A stretch of 50,616 bases of DNA from Planctomycetota bacterium (lineage in GTDB: Bacteria > Planctomycetota > Planctomycetia > Pirellulales > Thermoguttaceae): assembly GCA_030611515.1 (NCBI GenBank), contig JAUWPQ010000001.1, positions 1-50,616 on the forward strand. Direction: 5' to 3'. This document shows, piece by piece, positions 19,809 through 29,843 of this stretch (position 1 is the stretch's first letter; each line of letters opens with the position of its first letter). The position numbers and the translations under genes were made by a program. The notes beneath the pieces are model-generated. The model saw nothing but the letters and a program-made list of their open reading frames with translations, searched no databases and was not told the DNA's origin.

Positions 19809-21431
19809 TTAAGCGGTCGCATTCTCGCGGGCCAGCCGGTACCGCAGCGCCGCGCCGATGAAGCCCGCAAACAACGGATGCGCGCGGGTCGGCTGTGACT
19901 TGAACTCGGGATGATATTGAACTCCGACAAACCAGGGATGATCGGGGATTTCGACGACCTCCACCAACAAACCGTCCGGGCTGGTGCCCGTGAATTCCAT
20001 TCCGCAGTCGGTGAACTGCCGGCGATAGTCGTTGTTGAACTCATAGCGATGCCGGTGCCGCTCGGAGACTTTCTCCGTGCCGTAGCAAGCGGCCGCCTTG
20101 CTGCCGGGCGTCAGCTTTGTCGGTTGCGCCCCCAGCCGCATAGTGCCCCCTTTGTCGGTGATTTGCTTTTGATCGTCTAGTAGGCAAATGACCGGATGAG
20201 TGACCTCCGTGTCGAATTCGTTGGAATTTGCCCTTTTTAGCCCCACTACGTTTCGGGCGAACTCGGCCACGGCGCACTGCATGCCCAAGCAGATTCCGAA
20301 GAAGGGGACGCCTTTGGAGCGGGCGAAATGCACGGCGTCTACTTTCCCCTCAATTCCCCGCTCGCCGAACCCGCCCGGCACGAGGATTCCGTCTGCGTCG
20401 GCCAACAGCCGCTCCGCTCCTTCTTCCCCGATGGTCTCGCTGTGTATCCGATCGATGTGGATTCGAGTGCGATGATGCACACCCGCGTGGTCGAGCGCTT
20501 CGTAGATCGACTTGTATGCGTCGCGGTGTTCGGCGTACTTGCCCACCACGGCGATTCGGACGTCGTGCTCCGGGTTGCGGAGGCGGTGCAGCAGGTTGTG
20601 CCAGCGGTCCAGGTTCAGCGGTCCGGCCTTCAGGGCGAGCTTGCGGACGATTAACTCGTCCGCGCCGTGCTCGACCAGGCTCATCGGCACTTCGTAGATC
20701 GAGAAGTCCTTGTCCTTCTCCTCGATCACGGCCTCGATCGGAACGTTGCAGAACAGGGCGATCTTCGCGCGGTTGTCGTGGCTCAACGACCGCTCGGTGC
20801 GACAGATAAGGATGTCCGGCTGGATGCCGATCTGCCGCAACTGGCCGACCGAATGTTGCGTCGGCTTGGTCTTCAGTTCGGCGGCCGCTTTCAGGTATGG
20901 AACCAGCGTCAGGTGGATGTAGAGGCAGTTTTCCTTGCCCACGTCGAGCGAGAATTGGCGGATGGCCTCAAGGAAGGGCTGGCTTTCGATGTCGCCCACC
21001 GTGCCGCCGATCTCGGTTATCACTACGTCCACGTCCGGTCCGGCCGGCTTGACCAGCGCGGCCTTGATCTCGTTGGTCACGTGGGGGATGACCTGCACCG
21101 TCTGGCCCAAAAACTCGCCCCGCCGCTCCTTCTCGATTACCGACAGATAAATTTGGCCGGTGGTGTAGTTCGAGTGGCGGTTTAAGAGGCTGTTGGTGAA
21201 CCGTTCGTAGTGGCCCAGGTCGAGATCGGTCTCGCTGCCGTCGTCCAGCACGTAGACCTCGCCGTGCTGATAGGGGCTCATCGTGCCCGGATCGACGTTG
21301 ATGTACGGATCGAGCTTCTGCATCCGGACGCGGAGCCCGCGCTGCTCCAGCAACATGCCGATCGAGGCACTGGTGAGTCCTTTGCCCAGCGAACTTACCA
21401 CCCCGCCGGTGACGAATATGTGTTTACTCAT
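19809..21431 (-). CDS. pyrG: CTP synthase
   Basis: 540 aa. [19 protein letters not shown]-terminus, a glutamine amidotransferase domain with GICLGMQ, and HRHRYEFN. Confidence 0.95.
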   Translation of the reverse strand: MSKHIFVTGGVVSSLGKGLTSASIGMLLEQRGLRVRMQKLDPYINVDPGTMSPYQHGEVYVLDDGSETDLDLGHYERFTNSLLNRHSNYTTGQIYLSVIEKERRGEFLGQTVQVIPHVTNEIKAALVKPAGPDVDVVITEIGGTVGDIESQPFLEAIRQFSLDVGKENCLYIHLTLVPYLKAAAELKTKPTQHSVGQLRQIGIQPDILICRTERSLSHDNRAKIALFCNVPIEAVIEEKDKDFSIYEVPMSLVEHGADELIVRKLALKAGPLNLDRWHNLLHRLRNPEHDVRIAVVGKYAEHRDAYKSIYEALDHAGVHHRTRIHIDRIHSETIGEEGAERLLADADGILVPGGFGERGIEGKVDAVHFARSKGVPFFGICLGMQCAVAEFARNVVGLKRANSNEFDTEVTHPVICLLDDQKQITDKGGTMRLGAQPTKLTPGSKAAACYGTEKVSERHRHRYEFNNDYRRQFTDCGMEFTGTSPDGLLVEVVEIPDHPWFVGVQYHPEFKSQPTRAHPLFAGFIGAALRYRLARENATA

Positions 21432-21563
21432 AAGAAAGCCGTCCTGGTGCTAAAAAAGGGCGCATCGTGCAACCGCGAAAGGGACCATTATAAAACGATC
21501 CGGGTAGATGTGGAAGTGGCGGGGGGAGAGCGGGGTGTTTAGCTCCGGCGTCCTCGCCGGGGG

Positions 21564-21637
21564 CGTTTAACCCGGAGCCATCGGCGACGGCGGGGGTTGC
21601 ACAAAACGCCCCGTCGCCGTAGGCTCCGGGTTAAACG
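21564..21637. repeat. long imperfect hairpin (family D) in the pyrG/glcG-like divergent intergenic region
   Basis: CGTTTAACCCGGAGCCATCGGCGACGGCGGGG at 21564-21595 pairs with CCCCGTCGCCGTAGGCTCCGGGTTAAACG at 21609-21637. Confidence 0.75.
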
Positions 21638-21666
21638 ATTAACCGTCCACAAAGGAGAATCACGCG

Positions 21667-22071
21667 ATGAACGACATTACCCTCGAACAAGCCCGTGCGG
21701 CGGTGGCCGAAGCGGTGAAAAAAGCCGTACAACTCGATACGAAAATGGACATTGCGATCGTCGATGCAGGGGCTAACCTGAAGGCCTTCGCGCGGATGGA
21801 CGGGGCTTGGCTCGGGTCGATCGACATTGCCCAGCGAAAGGCCCGAACCGCACGGCTGTTCGACATGAACACCGGAGCGATCGGTCAGCTTTCGCAGCCG
21901 GGCGGGCCGCTGTATGGCATCGAACACTCCAACGGCGGCCTGATCTCGTTCCCCGGCGGAATTCCGATACTAAACTCTTCCGGTGCGGTAATCGGGGCCA
22001 TCGGCGTCTCCGGCAGCACGGTCGAGAACGACCACGCGGTGGCCGAGGCCGGCGCGGCGGCGGTAAAGTGA
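21667..22071 (+). CDS. GlcG/HbpS-like heme-binding protein (DUF336)
   Basis: 134 aa. [18 protein letters not shown]...[12 protein letters not shown]...GGIPI...GAIGVSG pattern. Confidence 0.8.
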   Translation: MNDITLEQARAAVAEAVKKAVQLDTKMDIAIVDAGANLKAFARMDGAWLGSIDIAQRKARTARLFDMNTGAIGQLSQPGGPLYGIEHSNGGLISFPGGIPILNSSGAVIGAIGVSGSTVENDHAVAEAGAAAVK

Positions 22072-22456
22072 GGGATGTGGGGCAAGGGGCGAAGTCTTAA
22101 CCGGTGCCAACAAGCCGCTTGCGATTTCGCACCAAGCGTATTGCCTCCCTCTGTAGACGGGGTTTGGGTTTCGCGGTCGCCGGAAAATTCTCGACCGATT
22201 TTCCGATGTTTCCCGCTTGCACGCGGCGGCGAAACTGCTATGCTACGTGTCACTAGTGGTGGCCGTCGGGGCCACCCTCGGGGAGCGAGGGACTTTTTTT
22301 GATTCGTTGCACGGCTCGAAACGATACATACTCGCAGTGAAGAGAAGATTGTATCTATTTCCACCGTTCACCGCGGAAAACCCACGAAACCCGTTTGTAT
22401 TCAGAAGTCGCGCTGTCGCCCTCCGCGCCAGTGCCGTGTAAGGAGTAACTCGAGGG

Positions 22457-22825
22457 ATGTCGAAGAAATTGTTTGTTGGCGGGTTAAGTTGGGGCACTAC
22501 GGACGACAGTCTGCACGGCGCTTTCTCCCAGTTTGGCGAGATCGTCGAAGCCAAGGTTATCACGGACCGCGAAACCGGCCGCTCTCGCGGCTTTGGGTTC
22601 ATCACCTTCGCCGACGACGAGGGCGCGACGAAGGCCATTTCTGAAATGGACGGCACCGAGTTGGACGGCCGGACCATCAAGGTCAACGAGGCCGAGGACA
22701 AGCCCGTCCGCAGCGGCGGCGGTGGCGGTCGCGGCGGATACGGTGGTGGCGGTGGTGGCGGTGGTGGTGGCGGCGGTCGCGGCGGTCGCGGTGGCGGCGG
22801 CGGCGGCGGACGCGATCGGTGGTAG
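22457..22825 (+). CDS. RRM-type RNA-binding protein with glycine-rich tail
   Basis: RNP-2 (KLFVGGLSW) and RNP-1 (RGFGFITF) motifs. The C-terminal tail is poly-Gly/Arg. Confidence 0.85.
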   Translation: MSKKLFVGGLSWGTTDDSLHGAFSQFGEIVEAKVITDRETGRSRGFGFITFADDEGATKAISEMDGTELDGRTIKVNEAEDKPVRSGGGGGRGGYGGGGGGGGGGGGRGGRGGGGGGGRDRW

Positions 22826-23013
22826 TCGGCGGCGGTTTTTCCTTCTCGGAAAATCCATGATGCAGGAACCGGCGGCCTTCGGCCGCCGGATGCGCCGTCG
22901 GTATGTAGTGCCGAAGTTTTGTCGCTCCGAAATTAGGTTCGGTGAATTCCGACCCTGTTTCCGCGCGCAGTGACATCCAGTTGTCACCGGTGCCCGTTAT
23001 CCTGACGGGCACC

Positions 23014-23319
23014 ATGAAGCTCATCGACGAAAGAACGCTCGACGGCTCGCGCCGTTTTACCCACCTACCTCAGGTTGCCGACTGGATCTCCGTCCGCGAC
23101 CATGTATCGCTCTTGCCGGGAGCGGAAATGGTCAATTTCATCGGTGGGGAGATGGCCCAGAACTGGCTCGACTTTGCCTTCCACGGCCGCCGTTTTCTCA
23201 TCCGCGGCCACGACGACCATCTCCATCTGTTCGTCGATGATCCGCAATGCTCCGATCTGATTCTCTATCAGGTGGGCCGCCACTTCGAGCAACTGCTGGA
23301 AAAGGCAAGAGAGCAATAG
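23014..23319 (+). CDS. hypothetical protein
   Basis: ATG-initiated 101-aa ORF (MKLIDERTLDG...) with coding-like composition and no recognisable motif. Confidence 0.3.
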   Translation: MKLIDERTLDGSRRFTHLPQVADWISVRDHVSLLPGAEMVNFIGGEMAQNWLDFAFHGRRFLIRGHDDHLHLFVDDPQCSDLILYQVGRHFEQLLEKAREQ

Positions 23320-23340
23320 CATGTCCGGAAAAAACAACCT

Positions 23341-23820
23341 TTACTGCTCGTTGCGGATATCGAGTATCTCGAATTTCAAAACCCCCTGCGGCACGTCAAT
23401 CTCGACCCGGTCGCCAACCTTCTTGTCCACCAAACCTTGGGCCAACGGACTGGTGATGAGAATTTTCCCGTTGTCATAATCCTCCTCGCCGGCGCCGACA
23501 AGCGTGAACTCCTCTTCGTCGTCGAACGAGAGGTCTTTCACCCGGACCGTCGCCCCGAACGCCACCCTGTCCTTGGGGAACTGGGCGGGATCAAGCAGGA
23601 TGGCCCGCGATAGCTTGTCGCGGAGCAGGTTGATCCGCGCCTCCATCATGGCCCGGCTCTCCTGGGCACCGGTGTATTCGGCGTTCTCGGTCAGATCGCC
23701 TTCGGACCGCGCGGTTGCCAGCCGTTCGAGGATTTCCGGCAGTTTGACGTTGTGGAGATGGTCCATATCGGCTTTGATCTTATCGTAGCCGGTGCGAGTC
23801 ATGGGGATTCGGTCGGACAT
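23341..23820 (-). CDS. greA: transcription elongation factor GreA
   Basis: ATG at 23820. MTRTGYDKIKADMDHL...ARSEGDLTENAEY...ITSPLAQGLVDKKVGDRVEI is classic GreA. Confidence 0.9.
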   Translation of the reverse strand: MSDRIPMTRTGYDKIKADMDHLHNVKLPEILERLATARSEGDLTENAEYTGAQESRAMMEARINLLRDKLSRAILLDPAQFPKDRVAFGATVRVKDLSFDDEEEFTLVGAGEEDYDNGKILITSPLAQGLVDKKVGDRVEIDVPQGVLKFEILDIRNEQ

Positions 23821-23894
23821 AAAACACCCCGCGAAAAAACGCGGCCCCCACCCGAGATGGGGGTCGCCGTACATTGTCAAGTACTGGATTCAAG

Positions 23895-23967
23895 TGGAGC
23901 GGAGGAGGGTTGAACTCCCGACCTCTGCATTGCGAACGCAGCGCTCTCCCAACTGAGCTACCGCCCC
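23895..23967 (-). tRNA. tRNA-Ala (anticodon CGC)
   Basis: The reverse complement reads GGGGCGGTAGCTCAGTTGGGAGAGCGCTGCGTTCGCAATGCAGAGGTCGGGAGTTCAACCCTCCTCCGCTCCA. It folds as a cloverleaf with a G3:U70 acceptor pair and anticodon loop TTCGCAA. CCA is not encoded. Confidence 0.85.
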
Positions 23968-24200
23968 AACCTGCGTTCCATATTCTACAACCTAGCAGCC
24001 GGTTTCGCAAGCTGGAAGAAATCTGAGTGGTGTCCAAATATGACTACGATCTTTTCACGGTCATGGACGCTTCCCGCGTTTGCGAATTGGCAAACACCGG
24101 AGCAAACGGGCACTGTCCAACAGTGAATTACTGAGAAATGTCCATCTGAATGTGTGAGGCTTGCCAGGAACAACCGAAAAGTCAACTGGACTTGGAACTT

Positions 24201-25775
24201 CTATGTCTCGTTTTGTGATTGAGCGGAATTGAGTCGGTAATGGGCGTTCGGGTCGCGGTCAAATTTGCTCACATAATCAAATAGGCCCCGCTTCATCAGT
24301 CCCTGCAGGACTGTTCGTGCGCCGTGCCACGTCTTTTCTTCAATTAGTCGCTGCGCCTCGCTGACGTTGATTGACCCATGCTCTGCCGCAAAGTTGATAC
24401 ATCGCCGTTCCTTTTCAGAGAGGGTCTTAAAGATGGCTTCACCAACAAGATGGCTTGCGTCCTTGTCAATCCAGACATCGCGCTGAGCTTGATTGTTGCG
24501 AAGGGTTACGCGAACAAGAGCGTTTCCAATTTCTTTTTGCTCAAATTCCGGCTCCGGTAATTCCATCTTCAGCATTACATCACGCATTCGCCGCGTTCCT
24601 TCGTTTTCGCACTTGACGAAATCCATATAGAACATTGCGTCCATTAGGAAGTAGTTTCTTCTGTGGTGAACCTCATAGATGTTTTCGGGTGTTACAAATG
24701 GAGGGAATGGGCCAGGGCTTTCGATCACGAGTCGGTCATCAAACATTTTGATGAAGATATTCATATTTCTGAGGCTATACGATCGATGAACACATGCATT
24801 CACTATCGCCTCAAACCATGCGGCTTGCGGATATTCTGGGGCCGTAAAGAACTTTCCATCACGTCCCAAGCGTGAGAATGTCCGAATCTGGCTTTCCACA
24901 AGTCGATTAGCCTGGACAATGATTTCCGGCACTCGTCCCTCGATGAACTCATCTTTAACGACATTCCGTTTTTCGCCGGTCAGCTTTTCCGTGCCTTCGT
25001 ATCGCTGAAAGCGAATCATACAACCAGGAATTACAGCCTTCAGACTCTTGGCAAAGAGTAATGCACATGCAATGTTGGGGACGAATTGGCCACTTTGAAA
25101 TGTTCCGAGGTTTCGGTTCGCGAGAATTTGCTCAGGTGTGTGATCTGTTCGCAGCCCCTTTTTCTCCTTAACACTAGAAGCAAAGTCGGCAATTGCTGAT
25201 GAATCGAAGTCACCGGGATAGTTCAAACCGCAGGGCTCCTGCTCGAAAAGAACCTGCCCTTTATCAATCATCAACTCGCGTTTCTCTTCTTCCATTAGGC
25301 GGAACTTAGAATCCCCGCGTCTTCGGAAGGCTTGCCCCTTATTGGTCTCGACGACTTTGTCTTCGCGATACCGTACGCGAACAAGAAGTATAAAATCTCT
25401 TTCCCCATCTTTATCGCGAACAATTTCTACTCGTTTTGTATCGTATAACGCATCGGGGCAAAGTTCACGGCCAACCTTCTCGTGTTGATTTATCTTGTCT
25501 TGGCTGACGGATAAACACCCAACAAGTTGTCCATCGTCGGAAACGCCTATCACAATTAGGCCGCCTTCTGGCGATGTATTTGCCCACATGGAAAAATACT
25601 CCGATAGCGACTCGCGATGGATTCCCGGGGGCTTCCGTTCGACCCTGGAATCCTCGAGGAGCTTTGGAATGAATTCTGCGGACGCAGCGGCGTACAATTC
25701 GTCCGGGTTCAGTACTTCCAATGGGCGGGAGGACGGAGGCTTATTAAAATCGAGCAACAATTGGCAGTCATTCAT
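24201..25775 (-). CDS. AlbA_2 (Schlafen-like) plus HATPase_c_4 plus C-terminal wHTH protein (putative ATP-dependent DNA-binding regulator)
   Basis: 524 aa. The N-terminus (EDSRVERKP...SEYFSMWANTSPEGGLIVIGVSDDGQLVG) fits the AlbA_2 pattern. The middle (AWFEAIVNACVHRSYS...IKMFDDRLVIESPGPFP) fits the RecG-C-terminal-like HATPase_c_4. The region is AT-richer than its flanks (line 24661-24720 has 30/60 G+C). Confidence 0.7.
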   Translation of the reverse strand: MNDCQLLLDFNKPPSSRPLEVLNPDELYAAASAEFIPKLLEDSRVERKPPGIHRESLSEYFSMWANTSPEGGLIVIGVSDDGQLVGCLSVSQDKINQHEKVGRELCPDALYDTKRVEIVRDKDGERDFILLVRVRYREDKVVETNKGQAFRRRGDSKFRLMEEEKRELMIDKGQVLFEQEPCGLNYPGDFDSSAIADFASSVKEKKGLRTDHTPEQILANRNLGTFQSGQFVPNIACALLFAKSLKAVIPGCMIRFQRYEGTEKLTGEKRNVVKDEFIEGRVPEIIVQANRLVESQIRTFSRLGRDGKFFTAPEYPQAAWFEAIVNACVHRSYSLRNMNIFIKMFDDRLVIESPGPFPPFVTPENIYEVHHRRNYFLMDAMFYMDFVKCENEGTRRMRDVMLKMELPEPEFEQKEIGNALVRVTLRNNQAQRDVWIDKDASHLVGEAIFKTLSEKERRCINFAAEHGSINVSEAQRLIEEKTWHGARTVLQGLMKRGLFDYVSKFDRDPNAHYRLNSAQSQNET

Positions 25776-25800
25776 AACAACAGCCTCGGAAACGACTTAC

Positions 25801-25828
25801 AGCTAGCTCGAGCGCGCTCGAGCTAGCT
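25801..25828. repeat. perfect 28-bp palindrome
   Basis: AGCTAGCTCGAGCGCGCTCGAGCTAGCT, located 25 nt upstream of the ATG of the 24201..25775 gene. Confidence 0.9.
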
Positions 25829-26081
25829 CCTAGACATGATTATCAAAGATACAGTCTTGTCTTGCAGTTCTTGTGATGTTCTCCATCGGAGAGCGGCCCA
25901 CGTTTTGGTGGCGCAGCAGCATAATATTCTGCCGAAGGGGTCCGTGTCTGTGCAATAAATAGTACGGAAACCACCGGAAAGAATTGTCGCTCAAACCGAG
26001 GGCAAATCACAACCAGACTTTCGCCCAATTGCATCCTCACAACTGCATTGTAGCGAAATCCCCAGCAAAGGAAACCACGCT

Positions 26082-26210
26082 ATGTGCAACGTTCTGAAAC
26101 GCGAAAAATAGCTTAGTGCCCTTCGTCTTTTGGTGGAAGGTAACTCAATCCGTGGGACCGAACGCATTACCGGCATTCATCGGGACACGATCTGCCGCAA
26201 TCTGTCTGAA
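26082..26210 (+). pseudogene. remnant of a transposase N-terminal HTH
   Basis: Reads MCNVLKREK-TAG-LSALRLLVEGNSIRGTERITGIHRDTICRNL. There is an in-frame stop and the reading frame dies before the ThuA-like gene. The EGxSIRxxxRxTGxxxxT pattern is typical of IS-family HTH leaders. Confidence 0.35.
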
Positions 26211-26214
26211 ACCC

Positions 26215-26880
26215 CTAGCCCCCGGCCCAGTCGATCGCGTTCAGCACTAACTGGACGAAGTCGGGCCGATGGAAGTCTTCCCTCGCGCCGAGCAACGTGT
26301 GGAACATCCGCCCTTGAAACTCCCGCGCCCACGCGACCGGATGCGCGCCGCCGCTAGTCTTGCCCACCAGCAAACAGGTCGCATCCTCGGGGACGCAGCC
26401 AAATCGGTGTGGAACCGCTCGGGCAACGAACGAGCCAACCCGATCGAGCACCGGATGCCACGGGGCGGCAACCGTTATTTCCATATCCGCCGATGGTTCT
26501 TCCGCAACGTCCGGGCAGTCTTCAATTATGGTCTCGGCATTGAAATCCGCTCCCCCCCGTCCAAGGACGTAAAGCCCGCGGGCGAACACCACCATGCAAT
26601 CGACGTTGGGAAGGCCGTTTCCAAAGCCGGCGACGGCGTCGAAATCCATCCGCTCGCACTCCAACTCGCGTTGCCGGCGGGCGATCGGCTCGAACGCCGC
26701 CAGAGCGGCCGAAGCGCCCGCGGCGGTCGGAAGGGAAGCGAGCAGAACGCGAATCGTCTTGGTCGCCGGACCGTCGATCGGGCAGTACGGGTGAAACATC
26801 GTCCCCGTACCCGAGACACCGAGGGTCTGGTGGGCCGGGTGCATCGACAGTATGCGGCGGACCTTCGAGGAGCGATTCAT
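26215..26880 (-). CDS. ThuA-domain (trehalose-utilisation-like) protein
   Basis: The C-terminal HPVAWAREFQGRMFHTLLGAREDFHRPDFVQLVLNAIDWA matches the ThuA signature. The N-terminal part is atypical. Confidence 0.5.
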   Translation of the reverse strand: MNRSSKVRRILSMHPAHQTLGVSGTGTMFHPYCPIDGPATKTIRVLLASLPTAAGASAALAAFEPIARRQRELECERMDFDAVAGFGNGLPNVDCMVVFARGLYVLGRGGADFNAETIIEDCPDVAEEPSADMEITVAAPWHPVLDRVGSFVARAVPHRFGCVPEDATCLLVGKTSGGAHPVAWAREFQGRMFHTLLGAREDFHRPDFVQLVLNAIDWAGG

Positions 26881-26973
26881 CGCCTCACATTATCTCGATT
26901 CAAACCCGCGGCGTCTACAATTAGGCGGCGTATTAGGCGGTCGGATGTGGAAAAACACGTCCTGTTGCGCCGG

Positions 26974-28755
26974 TCACGGGGAGTATGCCGCCGAGGTTGG
27001 CAACGATTTGTTGTGTAGCGACACGAGCCGGTAACGATGCGCACGGCCGTCGGTGTCCCGCTGTTGATAATCGGTCAGCACGTTTGAAACATCCGCCAAA
27101 CGAGAGAGCAGAGAACCGCGACGGCCGTTTTTTTTGATCGGTTCGGCCAGCAGCAAGTGCGTGTAGCCCGCCTCCCACAAACGTTTCGACGCTTCGCCCG
27201 CCGAGATCGAGGAGCGTTCGAGTTCCAACAGGCGATCGTCGGCGCCAGTCCACGTCGTGCGGCAGTCGAAGTAGAACGTGCATCGGTCCTGGCTGAGGAG
27301 GCGGGCGTCGGGCGGCAATAAATGGTTGGCCGCCACGGCGGCGGGATACGTCGGCTCGCGCCGCGCGAGATACGACTCGCGGTCCTCCATCCCCAACGAA
27401 ACGCGAAGCACGTCGGACGATCGGACCAGCGATTTCGCCGCGCCGACGGCCAGCATCAGCGTCAACGCGGCGACGGCCGCGCGGCGCGCCCCGGCGGGAA
27501 AACGACGCAATTCAATCCACACCCAAACGGCCGCCACGCTCAGCAGCGGAACGACGGAAAACAACAGCCGTGCGTCGCCGTCGATCGACATCACCAGCAC
27601 GGCGAACACCACCGCCACGAAAGCCACTCCCCAAAGTCCCCGCAGTCGTCGAGCGATAAGAACGCCGGGCGCCGCGGCCAGCAGCACCAATCCCAAGTGG
27701 TCCGAAAAAGCGTGCCATCCTTGTTGCCCTTGCCACCCTTGCCGATTGCCGCTGGAGAACGTCAGCAGCGCACCGCCGACGGCGACCGAGATTAGCATTG
27801 CGACCGCGCCGCCTCGGAGCAGAAAATGTCGCTGTTCCTTGCAGCGGATCACCGTCCAGACCCAAGCGGCGCCGAGCGGCAGGGCCAACAGCACGGCCGC
27901 CGGATGGACGGCCATCGCGCCGCCGGCGGTCAGCCCCGCGGCCACGAACCATCGTCCGTCGCCGCCGTGAGCGACCGCCCACCACCACGCCGCCAGCGCA
28001 AGCGTGGCCAGTGCGGCCAGCGCGATGTATTGGGTGGGCAGGCTCATCTGTTGGTTCAGCGCGGGAGTCAAAACGACCATTGCCCCGGCAATCCACGCCC
28101 AGCGGCGTCCGAGCAACGGCGAGGCCAGCACGACCGTCGCCAGCGCCAACAGCAGCCCCAGTCCCCAATCGACCAATTGCGCACAAACGCCGCCGTCGAG
28201 CGTCGTGGCCCAGACGTACCACAAGGCAACGAACAGCGACGGCGAGGCGTACATACCCGACGGCGGTTCGACGATTCGATGTTCGACGCAAAAGCGTTTT
28301 GCCAAGTCCAAGGGACCGGCCAGGGCCGCCTCGGCCGTCGGCGGGGCCAAGGCGCCGAGCAAGGACGACGCGCAGCCCGCCGCGGCCGCCGTCAAAACCA
28401 CCGCCAACAGCAAACGGTTCGGCTCGGGCCACGGCCGCTTGGATAAGTCCCGCACAGCGTCGAGCGACGGAACTCGCGCTTTCAGCCGCAGACTCTCGTT
28501 GCCAATTTCCACCAGCCCCCAACAACAGCCAACCATCGTCAGCACAACGATCGGCAACGGCCGGAACATGCCGAGCAGACCCAGCGCTAGGAGGACGCAT
28601 CCGGCGGCCATCAACCCGATGCCCAAACTGAACACCGCCATCGTCAACCGATCGTCGTCATTCGTGCCGAGCAGTCGCCACAATGGACGCCCGAGTCCGA
28701 ACGCGGCAATCGCCATCGCGGCGAAAATGAAGATGGAAAGGAGCGAGTTCCCCAT
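26974..28755 (-). CDS. polytopic membrane protein, GT-C/ArnT-like glycosyltransferase candidate
   Basis: ATG at 28755 (MGNSLLSIFIFAAMAIAAFGLG). At least 10 predicted hydrophobic helices, then a soluble C-terminal domain. The family assignment is tentative. Confidence 0.45.
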   Translation of the reverse strand: MGNSLLSIFIFAAMAIAAFGLGRPLWRLLGTNDDDRLTMAVFSLGIGLMAAGCVLLALGLLGMFRPLPIVVLTMVGCCWGLVEIGNESLRLKARVPSLDAVRDLSKRPWPEPNRLLLAVVLTAAAAGCASSLLGALAPPTAEAALAGPLDLAKRFCVEHRIVEPPSGMYASPSLFVALWYVWATTLDGGVCAQLVDWGLGLLLALATVVLASPLLGRRWAWIAGAMVVLTPALNQQMSLPTQYIALAALATLALAAWWWAVAHGGDGRWFVAAGLTAGGAMAVHPAAVLLALPLGAAWVWTVIRCKEQRHFLLRGGAVAMLISVAVGGALLTFSSGNRQGWQGQQGWHAFSDHLGLVLLAAAPGVLIARRLRGLWGVAFVAVVFAVLVMSIDGDARLLFSVVPLLSVAAVWVWIELRRFPAGARRAAVAALTLMLAVGAAKSLVRSSDVLRVSLGMEDRESYLARREPTYPAAVAANHLLPPDARLLSQDRCTFYFDCRTTWTGADDRLLELERSSISAGEASKRLWEAGYTHLLLAEPIKKNGRRGSLLSRLADVSNVLTDYQQRDTDGRAHRYRLVSLHNKSLPTSAAYSP

Positions 28756-28992
28756 GAGTATTGCCCGGCGGAAGACGGTCTCAAAACAAAGCGGCAACGG
28801 CCTGTAAACCGGCCCAGGCGGCAACGGCGAGCAGCCATCCGGCGAAGAGCCACGCCTTCCACCCGGCGATCGGCGGCGCGTCGCCGGCCGGAGCGGTCCG
28901 TGGCGGCAGAAGAGCCGCTCCCAACAATCCATGCACCCGGCGCAAGGGAGACCGACGGGGCGATTCCTCCGGGGGACGGATGAAGGCGATCA

Positions 28993-29742
28993 TTATACGT
29001 GCGCGTGGGCGCGGTTCAGGGCCGCCATGCGGCTGCGCAGGGCCGGCTGGTGGTCCAGCAGGCTGGCAATCCGTTGCCAATCCAATCGCTCCGGTCCCAA
29101 CGCCTCGAAAAGAACCTGAACGTGGTCCCAATCTTCCTCGATGTCAACCGTCAAACGCACGTCCTCACGGTCGATCTCGGCCGGGGCCGGGATCAGCCGA
29201 AGGTTGAACTTTTCGGGGTGCGAGTAGATGTAACGGGTAACGTCCTCGCGGTCGAGCTTGTCGCGGGCCAGACGGTTGGCCTCATGCAACGCGCCGGCGC
29301 GGAACCATTCGGCGTAAACACCAACCGGCGAGAGGATCGCCGGCCGGCCGTCCCGCGAACAATAGCTCACGTAGTCGCAATTCGGATGCGCTTCGGCCGT
29401 GGTAGTCAGGCGGTCGATCATACCCGGGTCTATGAACAGGTTGTCGCCCCGGACCCGCACCACGCCCTCGGCGGGATACTGCTCCAACGCCTTGCAGAAC
29501 CGGGCCAAGGCGTCTTCCCCCTCGCAAAGACAGATAGGCACGTCGCTGGGGACCAAATGACTGCAAGCAAGAGAGTCCTCGGTATCGCAAGCCACGACGA
29601 TCACGCCGTCGAGCCGGATCGAATCGGTGACTCGGCGAATCACCCATTCCAGAATGGAGCGGCCGCCCAGCCTCCGCGCGACATTGTAGCGAAAGCGCGG
29701 CAAGTGGAAGCACGCCTGCACAATTCCCAGATTTTTCAGCAT
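28993..29742 (-). CDS. cytidylyltransferase-family protein (SpsF/NeuA-like)
   Basis: 249 aa. GRSILEWVIRRV...DGVIVVACD...RVRGDNLFIDPGMID...DREDVTRYIYSHPEKF resembles CTP_transf_3 proteins. The N-terminal nucleotide loop is degenerate. Confidence 0.6.
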   Translation of the reverse strand: MLKNLGIVQACFHLPRFRYNVARRLGGRSILEWVIRRVTDSIRLDGVIVVACDTEDSLACSHLVPSDVPICLCEGEDALARFCKALEQYPAEGVVRVRGDNLFIDPGMIDRLTTTAEAHPNCDYVSYCSRDGRPAILSPVGVYAEWFRAGALHEANRLARDKLDREDVTRYIYSHPEKFNLRLIPAPAEIDREDVRLTVDIEEDWDHVQVLFEALGPERLDWQRIASLLDHQPALRSRMAALNRAHAHV

Positions 29743-29843
29743 CCCGTTGCCTCCCCCCCAAATCCTTTTTCTTGCCAGCCGGTTTTCAAAGCCGGGTTAG
29801 GGTTACTCCTAATGTAACATTTTTGCCGGGAAATTGTCAAGAG

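Noticed and set aside
22720-22815. GGT/GGC/CGC triplet repeat as a non-coding tandem repeat.
   Set aside because: It lies in frame within the RRM protein ORF and encodes the Gly/Arg-rich tail common to bacterial RRM proteins.
25843-26176. Small ORFs (61-65 aa) in the AT-rich spacer.
   Set aside because: They have no start context or motifs and they overlap each other. The only interpretable reading is the interrupted transposase HTH remnant on the plus strand.
23895-26214. A classical tRNA-targeting integrative element or prophage at tRNA-Ala.
   Set aside because: There is no integrase, no direct repeat of the tRNA 3' end that I could find, and the AT-rich DNA lies on the 5' side of the tRNA rather than at its 3' end. 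It is kept only as an islet of uncertain origin.
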